From NCBI GenBank assembly GCA_035583355.1, contig DATEZQ010000012.1, positions 24,683 through 88,682 on the forward strand: 64,000 bases of DNA, given 5' to 3'. How positions within the stretch are numbered: the first letter of the stretch is position 1; the number at the start of each line of letters is the position of its first letter. Shown in pieces: positions 28,899 through 38,246 of this stretch. This DNA is from Minisyncoccota bacterium. GTDB taxonomy: Bacteria > Patescibacteriota > Minisyncoccia > Phycocordibacterales > UBA6899. The notes under the pieces are model-generated. The model had not been told where the DNA came from and made no database searches. It saw only the letters and a list, made by a program, of their open reading frames with translations. The position numbers were made by a program, and so were the translations under genes.

Positions 28899-29417
28899 TA
28901 ATTAAAAGTAAAATGAGACAAGAGAGAACTTTCTTTCTTGACCCAACTTTCAATGCTCTTGATTATTACTGTGTTATCGATTACTCGATTTCTCAAAACT
29001 GGAATTACAAATTGATTATGAAATTTGTTATTTTGGTCATTGCCTTTCGTATTACTCATACGGCAGGTTTGACCAGGATCTTGCGTAACACTCAGTTGTC
29101 AAAGTTCTTTACGTCTTTTCGGGGTTTTTGCTTTCGCTGAACTTCGATTGACGTAAGATGCAGTATATACGAATGCCAGGAATAGTCAAGCGATTTCTCC
29201 CCTTTCTTTTTACTGCCCTAGGACTTTATCACACTGAAATACCTATGTCAATACCTTTCTGTTAGTCACTCTATAGAGTACTTTCATAAGCATACTGACT
29301 GACCATTTGAACCACCCTACGCACCTGCATTTCCTCTCCATATATATGTATGTTTGCTGGTGCAAATTCCATGCAGCTGAGCATGAGAAAAACAAAAAGA
29401 ACGCTCATGCGTTCTTT

Positions 29418-29714
29418 TTAATCGGTGAATGGATTCTTGCGGCCGATCGGCTCATCAGGAATAGTAGCCTGACTAAACTTGAGCGATTTGAATTCCGTCA
29501 GCGAGAAGATAGAGCTATCAAGTTGAATCTTATCAAGCTCATTAAGTGCAAGCGTTGTGCGTGCACCAGGCTCATCTGCCTTTGGAACGTTACCACCGGT
29601 AATAGTTTGGATCAACTCCTGTGTACCACCGATATTGTGCATCGTGATATATCCCACAAATATAAGTGCGGGGACCACCATCACGATAAGCATATCAAAG
29701 AGTGTTTGCTTCAT
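29418..29714 (-). CDS. small pilus-assembly-associated protein (PilP-like position)
   Basis: 98 aa with an N-terminal TM helix; the last gene after the pilM-N-O-like genes on the same strand. Confidence 0.3.
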   Translation of the reverse strand: MKQTLFDMLIVMVVPALIFVGYITMHNIGGTQELIQTITGGNVPKADEPGARTTLALNELDKIQLDSSIFSLTEFKSLKFSQATIPDEPIGRKNPFTD

Positions 29715-29715
29715 A

Positions 29716-30237
29716 TTAGTGGAGTGCGTACGTTACGAAACTAATCGAAATTCTCATTGGAGAAGAAAGTGTTTCGCCCGGAGTAATGGACAGCGACGTA
29801 ATATCACGAATCTGTAACCAATACTGAATATCATTCAGGAAATTACGGAAGGTAACATACGGGGCCTCTATCGAGAATGATACATCGTACTGCTGCAACT
29901 GGCTGCTCTTGTCCACTGAAAGCTTCTTGATTGAAGGGTTTGCGAGTGAGAGACCGTGCGATGCTGCAAGATTAGTGAGGTCCATCGTAAGGCGCACATC
30001 ATCCACAGACTCGGGAATCATGATAGCCATACGCTCACTTGCCCCATCAGGGAACTTACTGTAGATGCTATCGAGATTATTAATCTTATCTTGGGCGCGT
30101 GAAGCCTTCTGAATATAGTCTTGTAGCTCAACTTGGCGTGCCTTTTGCTCTCCGATCTTTTGGTACGTCGGATATGCGTATGCAACAATGAGGCCTGCGG
30201 CAAGCGATGAAAATAGGATTGCGGTAATGTAGCGCAT
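29716..30237 (-). CDS. PilO-like type IV pilus assembly protein
   Basis: 173 aa, N-terminal TM then coiled-coil; position after the pilN-like gene. Confidence 0.4.
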   Translation of the reverse strand: MRYITAILFSSLAAGLIVAYAYPTYQKIGEQKARQVELQDYIQKASRAQDKINNLDSIYSKFPDGASERMAIMIPESVDDVRLTMDLTNLAASHGLSLANPSIKKLSVDKSSQLQQYDVSFSIEAPYVTFRNFLNDIQYWLQIRDITSLSITPGETLSSPMRISISFVTYALH

Positions 30238-30238
30238 A

Positions 30239-31054
30239 TTATTGTCCTACGGGTGTTACTGCGGGCTTAGTAATTGGTGCGACCGCTGGCTTTGTGGTAG
30301 TCGACGGAGACGTCTGTGCAGGTGTTGTCGTTGCAGGTTTAGGAGCAACGGGGGTCACTTGCGTTGGAGGAGTGATGATTACGGGAGCTGCTGCAGGCGC
30401 TGCTGCGGGAGCGGGAGCTGCGACAGGTGCCTCCGAGGCAGCAGCACGCTCACGGACCGTTGCAAAGGTTGCATATGTTGGACGAAGCACGAGCCTCATC
30501 GCGATTGCGACGACACCCGTACGGGGGTCAATATGAAAACTTGAAAGTTCGGTATAGAGAATCACGCGATTCTGCGCACGGAAATGTGCGAGCTGCTGAT
30601 AGAGTGCTCCATACCCAATGGCTTCACCAGTGAGTTCCAATGTGTCTCCTGCGGGCACTCCTTCGGGACTCGCTTTCGCATCAGCAACCATCTTCTTATA
30701 TGAGAATTGCGTCCACCTGATTGAAGAAACCGTATGGTCGCTTAAGTAATCAATCACCAGAGAAGGCATTGAATGCTTGTTGAATATTTCACGAGCGAGA
30801 TTTATGCGTTTATCGAGTTGTGCAAGCGTTGCGATCTTATCGAGATCGAAATTCTTTTCTGTACTCTGCAGTGCTGCAGCATAAGCATCAACCTTTCGCT
30901 TTTCCGCACGCAATGCCCACCAGACATATGCGGTTGCACCAATCGCGATGACCGTAATGAATACCGCAAAAATGGTTGCAGCATAGGATCTGCGCGCGCC
31001 ATACTGATAGGTACCTCCCTGCTCGGGGATAAAGCTTGTTTCGATGTTAGCCAT
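30239..31054 (-). CDS. PilN-like fimbrial assembly protein with Pro/Ala/Thr-rich C-terminus
   Basis: Start MANIETSF at 31054; the ORF-track extension to 31156 is rejected. It has a single TM, a PilN-like periplasmic domain and a PAAAPAAAP/TTP-rich tail. Confidence 0.45.
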   Translation of the reverse strand: MANIETSFIPEQGGTYQYGARRSYAATIFAVFITVIAIGATAYVWWALRAEKRKVDAYAAALQSTEKNFDLDKIATLAQLDKRINLAREIFNKHSMPSLVIDYLSDHTVSSIRWTQFSYKKMVADAKASPEGVPAGDTLELTGEAIGYGALYQQLAHFRAQNRVILYTELSSFHIDPRTGVVAIAMRLVLRPTYATFATVRERAAASEAPVAAPAPAAAPAAAPVIITPPTQVTPVAPKPATTTPAQTSPSTTTKPAVAPITKPAVTPVGQ

Positions 31055-31100
31055 AATATACGTATATATTATAACATAAGAGAACGAGGAATATGATACA

Positions 31101-31265
31101 AATGCGAGGGAATAAGGGGATAAGGGAATGAGGTTATGAGGGTATAAGGCAAACATAAAAACTTCATACGCTTAGCGCATGAAGTTTTATACTGTCTAAA
31201 AATTGTATTTATTTCAAACCTTATCCCCTTATTCCCTTATTCCCTTATTCCCTTATTCCCTTGGA
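31101..31265. repeat. imperfect inverted repeat flanking a hairpin, with tandem 8-mer (cccttatt) x4-5
   Basis: gagggaataaggggataagggaatgagg (31101-31128) versus ccttatccccttattcccttattcccttattcccttattccc (31221-31262). The central hairpin is aaaacttcatacgcttagcgcatgaagtttt. Confidence 0.5.
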
Positions 31266-31278
31266 TTTAGTCTTATCC

Positions 31279-32397
31279 TCACTTCCCCATCTTGCGCAAC
31301 GCAAGACCGAGGGAAACGGCAAATTCTGGACCCGCATCAGCAAGATATGGAGCAAGTGCAGGAGGAGTGGTTAAACGTGAGAAACTATCACTGTAGACAA
31401 TTTCACAATCAAAACCTCCACGGGCTACGTCGGGGAGCCCCTTAATAAGTGAGCCTGCACCACAGAGAATCACACGACTCATAGTGACATGATGCTGTTG
31501 CGCATAGCGACGAACGATACGGACTGCTTCACCCAAGATACGCTCGATTGCAAGGCGTGCGATTTCGGCGATTGCGGGATCATTCGGATCTCCGATAAGA
31601 CCATACTCACGCTTCATCTCTTCTGCTTGGAGGAGCGTCACTCCATGCGCACGTGCAAGTGCCTGGGTCACTTCCTGCGAACCAACGGAGAGTAAGTGTG
31701 CGCCACGCACCACGCCATCTTCAACAAGCACAAGCTTCGAGGATGCGGCACCGATATCGAGAATGGCAACAGGCTGACTTTCGCGACCCATGACGGCGCG
31801 AATCGTACTGAATGCCTCGATCTCAAAGGAAGCGGTTTTTGCACCGAGCCCTGTAGCGATGTCTTGGAAGCGCTTCAAAATGTCGTTGTGCACTGCCGCG
31901 AGGAGCACGTCTACCTTTGGTGGACCATTCTTATTGCGTTCTTCTTCATCAGGATCAACATAGTTACGGACGGCCTTTGGAATCACCCAGTGCGAAAGTG
32001 AAACTTCGTTCACATTCATTGGAATATATTTGCGCGCTTCAATAGGCACAATCTCTGCGAGCCGCTTCTCACCAACATCAGGAAGTTCGATCACCGTAAG
32101 CAATGTCGAAGAAAGTGGAAGCGAAAACACCATGTCAGTCGAAGTCACGTTCGCCTCCTTAAAGAGTCCGCGCAATGCTTCAACAATAGTAGGGACAGGA
32201 AGATTGAGTGCTGCCTGGCCGACTTCTACGCCGGCATAAGGTCCAAGTGCAATCTCACCATAGGTCTCAAGAATTGGCTTTGGACTACCGCGCTTTACCT
32301 GCAATACCTTCGCCGAAGAACCGCCGATGTCCACACCGACGACGCTCGCACTCGATTTGTCTCCAAATAAATTACCAAGTTGTTCGAGAAAGCTCAT
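31279..32397 (-). CDS. pilM: type IV pilus assembly ATPase-fold protein PilM
   Basis: Start MSFLEQLGNLFG at 32397. The actin/FtsA-like motif VVGVDIGGSSAKVLQV is typical of PilM. Confidence 0.75.
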   Translation of the reverse strand: MSFLEQLGNLFGDKSSASVVGVDIGGSSAKVLQVKRGSPKPILETYGEIALGPYAGVEVGQAALNLPVPTIVEALRGLFKEANVTSTDMVFSLPLSSTLLTVIELPDVGEKRLAEIVPIEARKYIPMNVNEVSLSHWVIPKAVRNYVDPDEEERNKNGPPKVDVLLAAVHNDILKRFQDIATGLGAKTASFEIEAFSTIRAVMGRESQPVAILDIGAASSKLVLVEDGVVRGAHLLSVGSQEVTQALARAHGVTLLQAEEMKREYGLIGDPNDPAIAEIARLAIERILGEAVRIVRRYAQQHHVTMSRVILCGAGSLIKGLPDVARGGFDCEIVYSDSFSRLTTPPALAPYLADAGPEFAVSLGLALRKMGK

Positions 32398-32507
32398 TTG
32401 TACTCTATTATACAGGGAGAAAATGCAGAATGCCAGTGAAAATCCAGTCATGAGACATGAGCTTGAGTCATGAGGGAATTCAAAAGTAGACATCACCCAC
32501 TTCAAAT

Positions 32508-32639
32508 CATGAAACGGCGAGGATTTTTGTCGGAGGCATTGGATTCGCGCACCTCACCCTACCCCATGAAACAGCGAGGAATTTTTATCCTCATTCACAC
32601 GCTGAATGTACCTTAATGAAACGGCGAGGATTTTTTGGA
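32508..32639 (-). promoter_or_regulatory. three direct repeats (CATGAAACRGCGAGGAWTTTTT) upstream of pilM operon
   Basis: Copies at 32508-32529, 32565-32588 and 32616-32639, spaced 57 and 51 bp, in the comF-pilM intergenic region. Confidence 0.3.
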
Positions 32640-32828
32640 AAGATGCCATGGTCGGACCGAGGAGCGCCAGCGAGGTGTATAGATATACATTGAGCGCGCA
32701 CCGCAGGGAGACCATGGCAGATTTACGAAAAAGACCGCCGCCACTGTAACGGAGACAGAACAAAGCAGTAGCGCAAGCGGGTACGCAGTACCGCTTAAAA
32801 CAAAAGCAGCTGAATACAGCTGCTTTTG

Positions 32829-33479
32829 TTAATGCGCTACTGCGATACCTATCACTTTTTTGGCTCCTGCCTTCTTAAGCAACGCCCGTGCTGCCCGCAT
32901 CGTCTCCCCCGTCGTCACCACATCATCAATGATGACCACATGCTTACCCTGCACGCGCTCAGGATGTTCGACAACAAATGCATCTTTCATATTCATCTCA
33001 CGTGCGCCACGACTCGCGGTCTTCACCTGCTGCCCCGCGCAACATGCCTTCTTTAGCACATCAATCTCCGCAACAATATTAAGGTCATGGGCCTTTGCCG
33101 CCTTCACTACGCCAAGCGCAATCTCAGCGGCATGGTTGTACCCCTTACGCTGATTGCCCTCAATACTTCCAGGAATTGGAATAAGTACAATCTCACCCGC
33201 CTCCTCGGGCTTACGTGCCAACGGTGAAAAGAATTCACGATACAGTGCATTACCAAAGTAATCAGATACTCCGCGGCAGTGACGATATTTGAGATCCTTA
33301 ATCGCCTTATTCACAATCGGTTGACGATACTCAAAGAGCGCAACAAGCCAATCCCCAAGCATCGTCGGCTTCGTAATGATTGTGCGCTCACAAAAAGCGC
33401 AAAGGCTTGCGCCCTTACGGTTACATGCGATGCATTGCTCAGGATAGAGCGCTTCCACAATCTCCGACCACCAACTCAT
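32829..33479 (-). CDS. comF: ComF-family competence protein (phosphoribosyltransferase domain)
   Basis: Start MSWWSEIV at 33479. It has an N-terminal double Cys zinc-ribbon (CIACN...CAFCE) and a C-terminal PRTase motif VVIIDDVVTTGETM. Confidence 0.7.
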   Translation of the reverse strand: MSWWSEIVEALYPEQCIACNRKGASLCAFCERTIITKPTMLGDWLVALFEYRQPIVNKAIKDLKYRHCRGVSDYFGNALYREFFSPLARKPEEAGEIVLIPIPGSIEGNQRKGYNHAAEIALGVVKAAKAHDLNIVAEIDVLKKACCAGQQVKTASRGAREMNMKDAFVVEHPERVQGKHVVIIDDVVTTGETMRAARALLKKAGAKKVIGIAVAH

Positions 33480-33582
33480 ATAGATAGAGCATACGACAAA
33501 AATAGAACGGCGCAAGTTTTCCCAGCAAAAGGAGCAAATGAAAAAACAGAATGCATTGCATTCTGTTTTAATCATACATAGA

Positions 33583-34422
33583 TTAGCGTCCAAAGAGTCG
33601 GAACATCCAACCAAAGACACTGAATCCACCCTCATGAACGGTAAGTGACGTACTTGCAGCAAGATTCACGTCTTGAAGCAATTTGATCTGCGTATCAATA
33701 ACTGCTTGATCTGTACCTGTAGCCATGCGCGTCTTCAGATCTGCAAGCAACTTGATCTGTGCCTCATTGCTTGCGACAAGCTGCTTTGCACTCTCGATCT
33801 CTGCCTGGTCTGGACCAAAGAAGAACTTACGAATCGCTCCGCGCTCCTCTACCTTCTTGAGGCTCTCGCTGATCTTCTCATGATTATCCTCTTGAGACTT
33901 TGCGATTGTGCGCACCTGCGCTCCGATACCCCCTTCGCGATCAGCAACGCTCAAGAGCTCCTGTACTGCCTTTGCAACAGTACTGCGATGCTCTTCGCGC
34001 GTACGTTCACCTCTTGTTGAAGTTGCGGAGTCATCCTCATCATCCTCACGTGAGGACGTAGCGAACTTATCATCATCACGCTCTCGAGATGAGGTTGCCG
34101 ACTTACGACCCTCTTCTCGCTCACGCGTTGAGGTCCCCTGGACATCATCGTCATTACCATCATCACCACGCCTCTCTCTATTCTCCATCTCGACGCGAGC
34201 TCTTGTTGTTGTCGCAGTGAGGCGAACATCAACACGATCCTCATCGTCACGCTCACCCACCTCTTGTGGTCGTGGAGTGCGTCCTTCGACAGAAATATTC
34301 GTCTTAACCTCGAGGTCTCCCTCGACTTTTGTCTGCGTGAGTGTGCGCTCCGCAGCAAGCGCGCTGCCTGCAGCAAAAAGCGCAACACCGAGTAACCCGC
34401 TAATGAATATTGTATTTTTCAT
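33583..34422 (-). CDS. secreted highly charged (R/E/D-rich) low-complexity protein
   Basis: Signal peptide MKNTIFISGLLGVALFAAGSALAA, then a long R/E/D-rich region; no known domain. Confidence 0.4.
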   Translation of the reverse strand: MKNTIFISGLLGVALFAAGSALAAERTLTQTKVEGDLEVKTNISVEGRTPRPQEVGERDDEDRVDVRLTATTTRARVEMENRERRGDDGNDDDVQGTSTREREEGRKSATSSRERDDDKFATSSREDDEDDSATSTRGERTREEHRSTVAKAVQELLSVADREGGIGAQVRTIAKSQEDNHEKISESLKKVEERGAIRKFFFGPDQAEIESAKQLVASNEAQIKLLADLKTRMATGTDQAVIDTQIKLLQDVNLAASTSLTVHEGGFSVFGWMFRLFGR

Positions 34423-34546
34423 GTGTTTTAAGTTAATGCAAAAGAAGGCTCGTAAGCACGCTCCTTCTCAGGTAGTGCTCGCCCTCTCTACACTATCCCT
34501 ATTATAGCACTATCGTGCGAAATAGGGATAGAAAGAAAATGCGAAC

Positions 34547-35323
34547 TTATTTAACACCAAATGCGGTCTTGAGATCTGCAGTTGCCTTCTGCATATCGGT
34601 CTTGAAGGTTGCGAGTGCAGCCTCCACTGCTGCCTTACGTGTCTTGTTCAGCGCCTCGATGCCCGTCTTGATTGCAGCATCGTTACGATTTGCCTTGAAG
34701 ACATTCTGTGCGGCCTTCGCTGCAGCCATGAGCTGTGTGCGCACGGTTGCTGGGGACACATTTGCAGCACAATCTGCCTTTGCCTTTGCGATTGCAGCTT
34801 CAACAGCAGTCCTCAGTGTTGCAGCGCCTGTATCAAGTGAAGTGAACTTCGACTTAATGAGTGCGTCGACACCATCGCGATACGCCTTCACTGCAGCATC
34901 TACTGCGGCAACGCGCTTTGTGGTTGCGGCACCAACTGCATTCTTGTATGCAGTCACTGCGGCCTTCTTCGCATCAGTATCTGCCTTATTCATCAATGCA
35001 TCGTAGCGTGTATCACGCTTCACCTTTGCATCCTCACGATTCTCTGAGCGCTTTAGGTCATGATCAACACGGAGCCCTGCGAGCTTCTGGATACGTGCCT
35101 TCTCCTTTTCATCCTGCTTAGTAGTACGCTCATCCATCTTTGGCTCAAAGCCACGGAGGAGCTTCTGACTATCTGCCACAAGACGAACACAGAAATTATT
35201 CTTATCGATACGTGGCTTCGTACTCGTTGAACTTGTCGACTCTGCAAATACTGCAAGCGGTGAAAGCAGTGCACTGAGCACCACTGCGCCGACGACTGTT
35301 TTATTAAATTGCGATTTCATATG
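34547..35323 (-). CDS. secreted Ala/Lys-rich coiled-coil protein
   Basis: Probable start MKSQFNKT; signal peptide, then A/K-rich helical repeats. Confidence 0.4.
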   Translation of the reverse strand, partial: HMKSQFNKTVVGAVVLSALLSPLAVFAESTSSTSTKPRIDKNNFCVRLVADSQKLLRGFEPKMDERTTKQDEKEKARIQKLAGLRVDHDLKRSENREDAKVKRDTRYDALMNKADTDAKKAAVTAYKNAVGAATTKRVAAVDAAVKAYRDGVDALIKSKFTSLDTGAATLRTAVEAAIAKAKADCAANVSPATVRTQLMAAAKAAQNVFKANRNDAAIKTGIEALNKTRKAAVEAALATFKTDMQKATADLKTAFGVK

Positions 35324-35840
35324 CGGTTGTTTTAACGGTATCATAATTTGAGAGCTCTGCGTTCACTGCAATCTGATCAGACTGATCGCCGAGCACCGTA
35401 GCGGCATCCATATTCGCATCTGCAAGGAATCCTGCAGTGATGCTATCTATTGACGAGGTGTCGACATTCGCAACCGGTCGTGGTGCGACAGGGGCTGGAG
35501 TTGGTGCTGCTGCCGTAGGAGTCACTGATTCCTCAGCAACTGGTGCAACCGCAACCTTATTATTTTCGCCTACGTTATTAGTAACGTTTGGCTTTAAGAC
35601 GAACATGAGCGCGATCACCGCAACAACGGCAACCGGCACTCCAATGAGCATTGTTTTATTCATTATGAATGATACTACAGACTGATAAGGAGAAGGTATT
35701 GGAGCCTTCTCTAATATATGACGACGAAGCATTTCATTTGTGACAGCATCCTTCGTTTCCTTGAAAGACGATGGCGGTGGCACGATCCGTGCAAGTCGTT
35801 CCTTCAATTGTACCTCAATTTTTTGGTCTTCTTGTTCCAT
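35304..35840 (-). CDS. putative anti-sigma factor (membrane-anchored)
   Basis: Immediately downstream of the ECF sigma gene. It has a cytoplasmic N-terminus, a single TM (MLIGVPVAVVAVIALMFVL) and a Pro/Ala-rich extracytoplasmic part. Confidence 0.35.
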   Translation of the reverse strand: MEQEDQKIEVQLKERLARIVPPPSSFKETKDAVTNEMLRRHILEKAPIPSPYQSVVSFIMNKTMLIGVPVAVVAVIALMFVLKPNVTNNVGENNKVAVAPVAEESVTPTAAAPTPAPVAPRPVANVDTSSIDSITAGFLADANMDAATVLGDQSDQIAVNAELSNYDTVKTTAYEIAI

Positions 35841-35846
35841 GGTCTT

Positions 35847-36377
35847 TTATGTAAGGAAATCATGTGGATTGAGCATCCCACCGACTTTCTTGAGCGCTCG
35901 TGAATAAATCTGACGGGCATTAGCAACAGAAACCCCCGCAACCTCTGCGATCGTCTCATGGCTGACGTCTCCCGAAAGCCGCAAGGATACGATGTCTGCT
36001 TCGAGATGCGATAGTTGTGCGAGCGCTGCACTAATAAATTGCTTATCCTCGTTCTTAATCGCCTCCTCCTCGGGGTTCGGCGAATCACTTGCGAATTCAG
36101 GGACCGTGTCGATGCTCACGGTAACCCTCCTCCCGCGGACACGATAATGATCAATCAATGTCGTGCGCGCAATGGTAAACAATAAGCGATGTGCGGGCTC
36201 TCTTTCTCTTGGCCGCTCTTTTTGAAGGAGGAACTTGAGAAAGACCGCTTGCGTCAAATCATTCGCCACCTCATGATCGCTCGTACGGAAAAATAGGTAA
36301 CGAAAAAGCGGCATGAAGAGCTCTCTATAGAGGGCTTCATCTTCTGAAACGTCCGTGCTTAATCCATTCATTTGCAT
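35847..36377 (-). CDS. RNA polymerase sigma-70 factor, ECF subfamily
   Basis: Region 2 (LTQAVFLKFL ... LFTIARTTLIDHYR) and region 4 HTH (SHETIAEVAGVSVANARQIYSRALKKV). Confidence 0.75.
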   Translation of the reverse strand: MQMNGLSTDVSEDEALYRELFMPLFRYLFFRTSDHEVANDLTQAVFLKFLLQKERPREREPAHRLLFTIARTTLIDHYRVRGRRVTVSIDTVPEFASDSPNPEEEAIKNEDKQFISAALAQLSHLEADIVSLRLSGDVSHETIAEVAGVSVANARQIYSRALKKVGGMLNPHDFLT

Positions 36378-36409
36378 AGCAGTGGGACGCGATCTTCCTC
36401 ACATAAAGT

Positions 36410-37609
36410 ATGACGACAAAGACCGCGCAATGTGACAACTCCATTGTAGCAAACATTAGCGAATATGCCTTGCGCTCACGTTTTGAATATATATTCATTA
36501 TATGGTATGCTCTCCCCTATATGCTATTGTTTTCACTTGAACTCACATTCCTCATCATATTCGCAATTTTGCAGCTCCCACAGTTTGGAAAAGCACCTGG
36601 CGGAAGGCGCAAGAGTCGCATGCTACAGTCAGAGAACTATAAACGCGGGAAATTCCACAATCTTGAACCGACTCCGATGATGATCAAGACCGGTGACCAA
36701 ATCGACATCTTCAAGAAATTCTTTTTCAAGAACGTGGGCGATGCGAAACCAAAGACGCGCATGCCGGGAGTAAAGATTGATCTCCATGCATTCGACCCAA
36801 AAGCGAACGTTATGGTCTGGTTCGGACACTCCTCGTATTTCATCCAACAAGATGGGAAGCGTTTTCTCATTGACCCCGTACTTTCGGGATATGCGTCACC
36901 CTTCTCCTTTGCGGTGAAGAACTTCGCAGGTTCAAACGAGTACAGTGCTGCAGATATTCCCGACATTGATTATCTCGTCATCACTCATGATCATTACGAC
37001 CACCTCGATTATCACACTGCAAAAGCACTCAAGGGTAAAGTGGCCATGATCATCACAGGGCTTGGTGTTGGTGCACACCTCGTACACTGGGGATATAAAG
37101 AGTCGCAGATTAAGGAACTCGACTGGCATGAAGAGCTAAAACTTGATGAAGGATTCACCATCCGTGCACTTCCCTCCCGTCACTTTTCGGGCCGTACGTT
37201 CTTCCGCAATCGCACGCTCTGGTGTGCGTTTGCACTCAGTACCCCTAACAAGAAATTCTTCCTTGGTGGCGATGGTGGGTATGGCAAACATTTCAAGATG
37301 ATCGGAGAAAAGTACGGACCATTTGATGTTGCAATACTTGAGAATGGGCAATATAACGAGAGCTGGCGCTACATCCATGCGATGCCCGAAGAGACTGCAC
37401 AAGCGGGGCTCGACCTTGGCGCAAAACTCCTTATGCCTGTCCACTGGGGTAAATTCATCCTTTCTATTCACAGCTGGGATGAACCGATCCGCCGCATCAC
37501 CAAAGCAGCAACTGCAAAAAACATTCCCCTCCTCACTCCCCGCATCGGAGAGAAGATCAACCTCGACCACCCCGCACATACGCATCCTTGGTGGGATGAA
37601 GTAAAATAA
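36410..37609 (+). CDS. MBL-fold metallo-hydrolase (Lactamase_B_2 / NAPE-PLD-like)
   Basis: HDHYDHLD zinc-binding motif and conserved QFGKAPGG N-region. The true start may lie downstream of an N-terminal TM at 36533. Confidence 0.65.
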   Translation: MTTKTAQCDNSIVANISEYALRSRFEYIFIIWYALPYMLLFSLELTFLIIFAILQLPQFGKAPGGRRKSRMLQSENYKRGKFHNLEPTPMMIKTGDQIDIFKKFFFKNVGDAKPKTRMPGVKIDLHAFDPKANVMVWFGHSSYFIQQDGKRFLIDPVLSGYASPFSFAVKNFAGSNEYSAADIPDIDYLVITHDHYDHLDYHTAKALKGKVAMIITGLGVGAHLVHWGYKESQIKELDWHEELKLDEGFTIRALPSRHFSGRTFFRNRTLWCAFALSTPNKKFFLGGDGGYGKHFKMIGEKYGPFDVAILENGQYNESWRYIHAMPEETAQAGLDLGAKLLMPVHWGKFILSIHSWDEPIRRITKAATAKNIPLLTPRIGEKINLDHPAHTHPWWDEVK

Positions 37610-37874
37610 AACCAAGACAAGCGGCCGCAAGGTCACTTGTCTTGGTTTTATATTTGGGTTTGTATCTACTATCTTCCAATTTTACTTATTCCAAAAATAT
37701 GCTAAAGTAACACCACAAAAGCAAGGAATAACCGACCTTATTCAACCGATTGCTATTTGGAGGAAACAATGCGTGGAATTGCTAAAGTGGTCGCGACGAC
37801 CACTCAGCCACTCTGCTATTTACCTTCCTCGTTAGCGGTACTTTCGCAAGAAAGCGCAGGCTAATAAAATATAC

Positions 37875-37961
37875 GGAGACGTGGCTGAGTGGTCGAAAGC
37901 ACCTCACTGCTAACGAGGCATCCCTTTACCGGGATCATGAGTTCGAATCTCATCGTCTCCG
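37875..37961 (+). tRNA. tRNA-Ser (anticodon GCT)
   Basis: Acceptor GGAGACG/CGTCTCC, anticodon loop CTGCTAA, long variable arm (ATCCC-TTTACC-GGGAT), T-arm ATGAG-TTCGAAT-CTCAT, discriminator G. Confidence 0.8.
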
Positions 37962-38020
37962 CAAAAAGAAAAACAACACGCAAGTGTTGTTTTTCTTTTT
38001 GCGGAGACGATGAGATTCGA
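37940..38020. repeat. 81-nt perfect palindrome spanning the tRNA-Ser 3' end, a terminator hairpin and an inverted copy of the tRNA 3' end
   Basis: gttcgaatctcatcgtctccgc + gcaaaaagaaaaacaacac-gcaa-gtgttgtttttctttttgc + gcggagacgatgagattcgaac. Confidence 0.7.
37959..38003. repeat. 43-bp direct repeat DR-left (second copy 39657-39704)
   Basis: gcaaaaagaaaaacaacacgc(a/g)agtgttgttttt(c/g)ttttt is about 40/43 identical between the two copies. Together they bracket a 1.65-kb two-gene module. Confidence 0.55.
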
Positions 38021-38023
38021 ACG

Positions 38024-38200
38024 GATAGGGGTCGGGAAAGGAAGCCCTTTCCCGTCTAGGAGAGCAGGAACCCCTCTTCCCCGAAGAGGGGTTCCGTCGA
38101 GAACCGTGGGTTCTCGAAGCCTTTGGCAGCGCGAGGCTCCTCCGGAGTGCGCCAGCCAAAGGCTGTGAGATTCTCACCCCTTATTAAACAAAAATCTGTC
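38024..38200. ncRNA. GC-rich multi-hairpin element (candidate small RNA or island-border element)
   Basis: Consecutive near-perfect hairpins: gggaaagg-aagc-cctttccc; ggaacccctcttc-ccc-gaagaggggttcc; tcgagaacc-gtg-ggttctcga; gcctttggc...gccaaaggc. The GC content is far above that of the adjacent AT-rich island. Confidence 0.3.
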
Positions 38201-38246
38201 ACTAGTAGCTCTCCAATTCTCTTAGTCTTAACTAGCCTCCTTGCCT

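Noticed and set aside
28900-29300. Looked for 16S promoter, leader or tRNA upstream of the 16S 5' end.
   Set aside because: There are AT-rich stretches and possible -35/-10-like hexamers, but nothing I can support without a consensus search. No tRNA fold was found.
31221-31262. Tandem cccttatt repeats considered as a CRISPR-like or minisatellite array.
   Set aside because: The units are only 8 nt with no spacers, and no cas genes are present. It was reported as a tandem/inverted repeat instead.
38030-38060. GGGAAAGGAAGCC resembles the SRP RNA domain IV motif (GGAAGGAAGCAGCC).
   Set aside because: The segment forms a simple perfect 8-bp hairpin (gggaaagg/cctttccc) rather than the SRP helix-8 internal-loop architecture. 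The rest of the consensus is absent.
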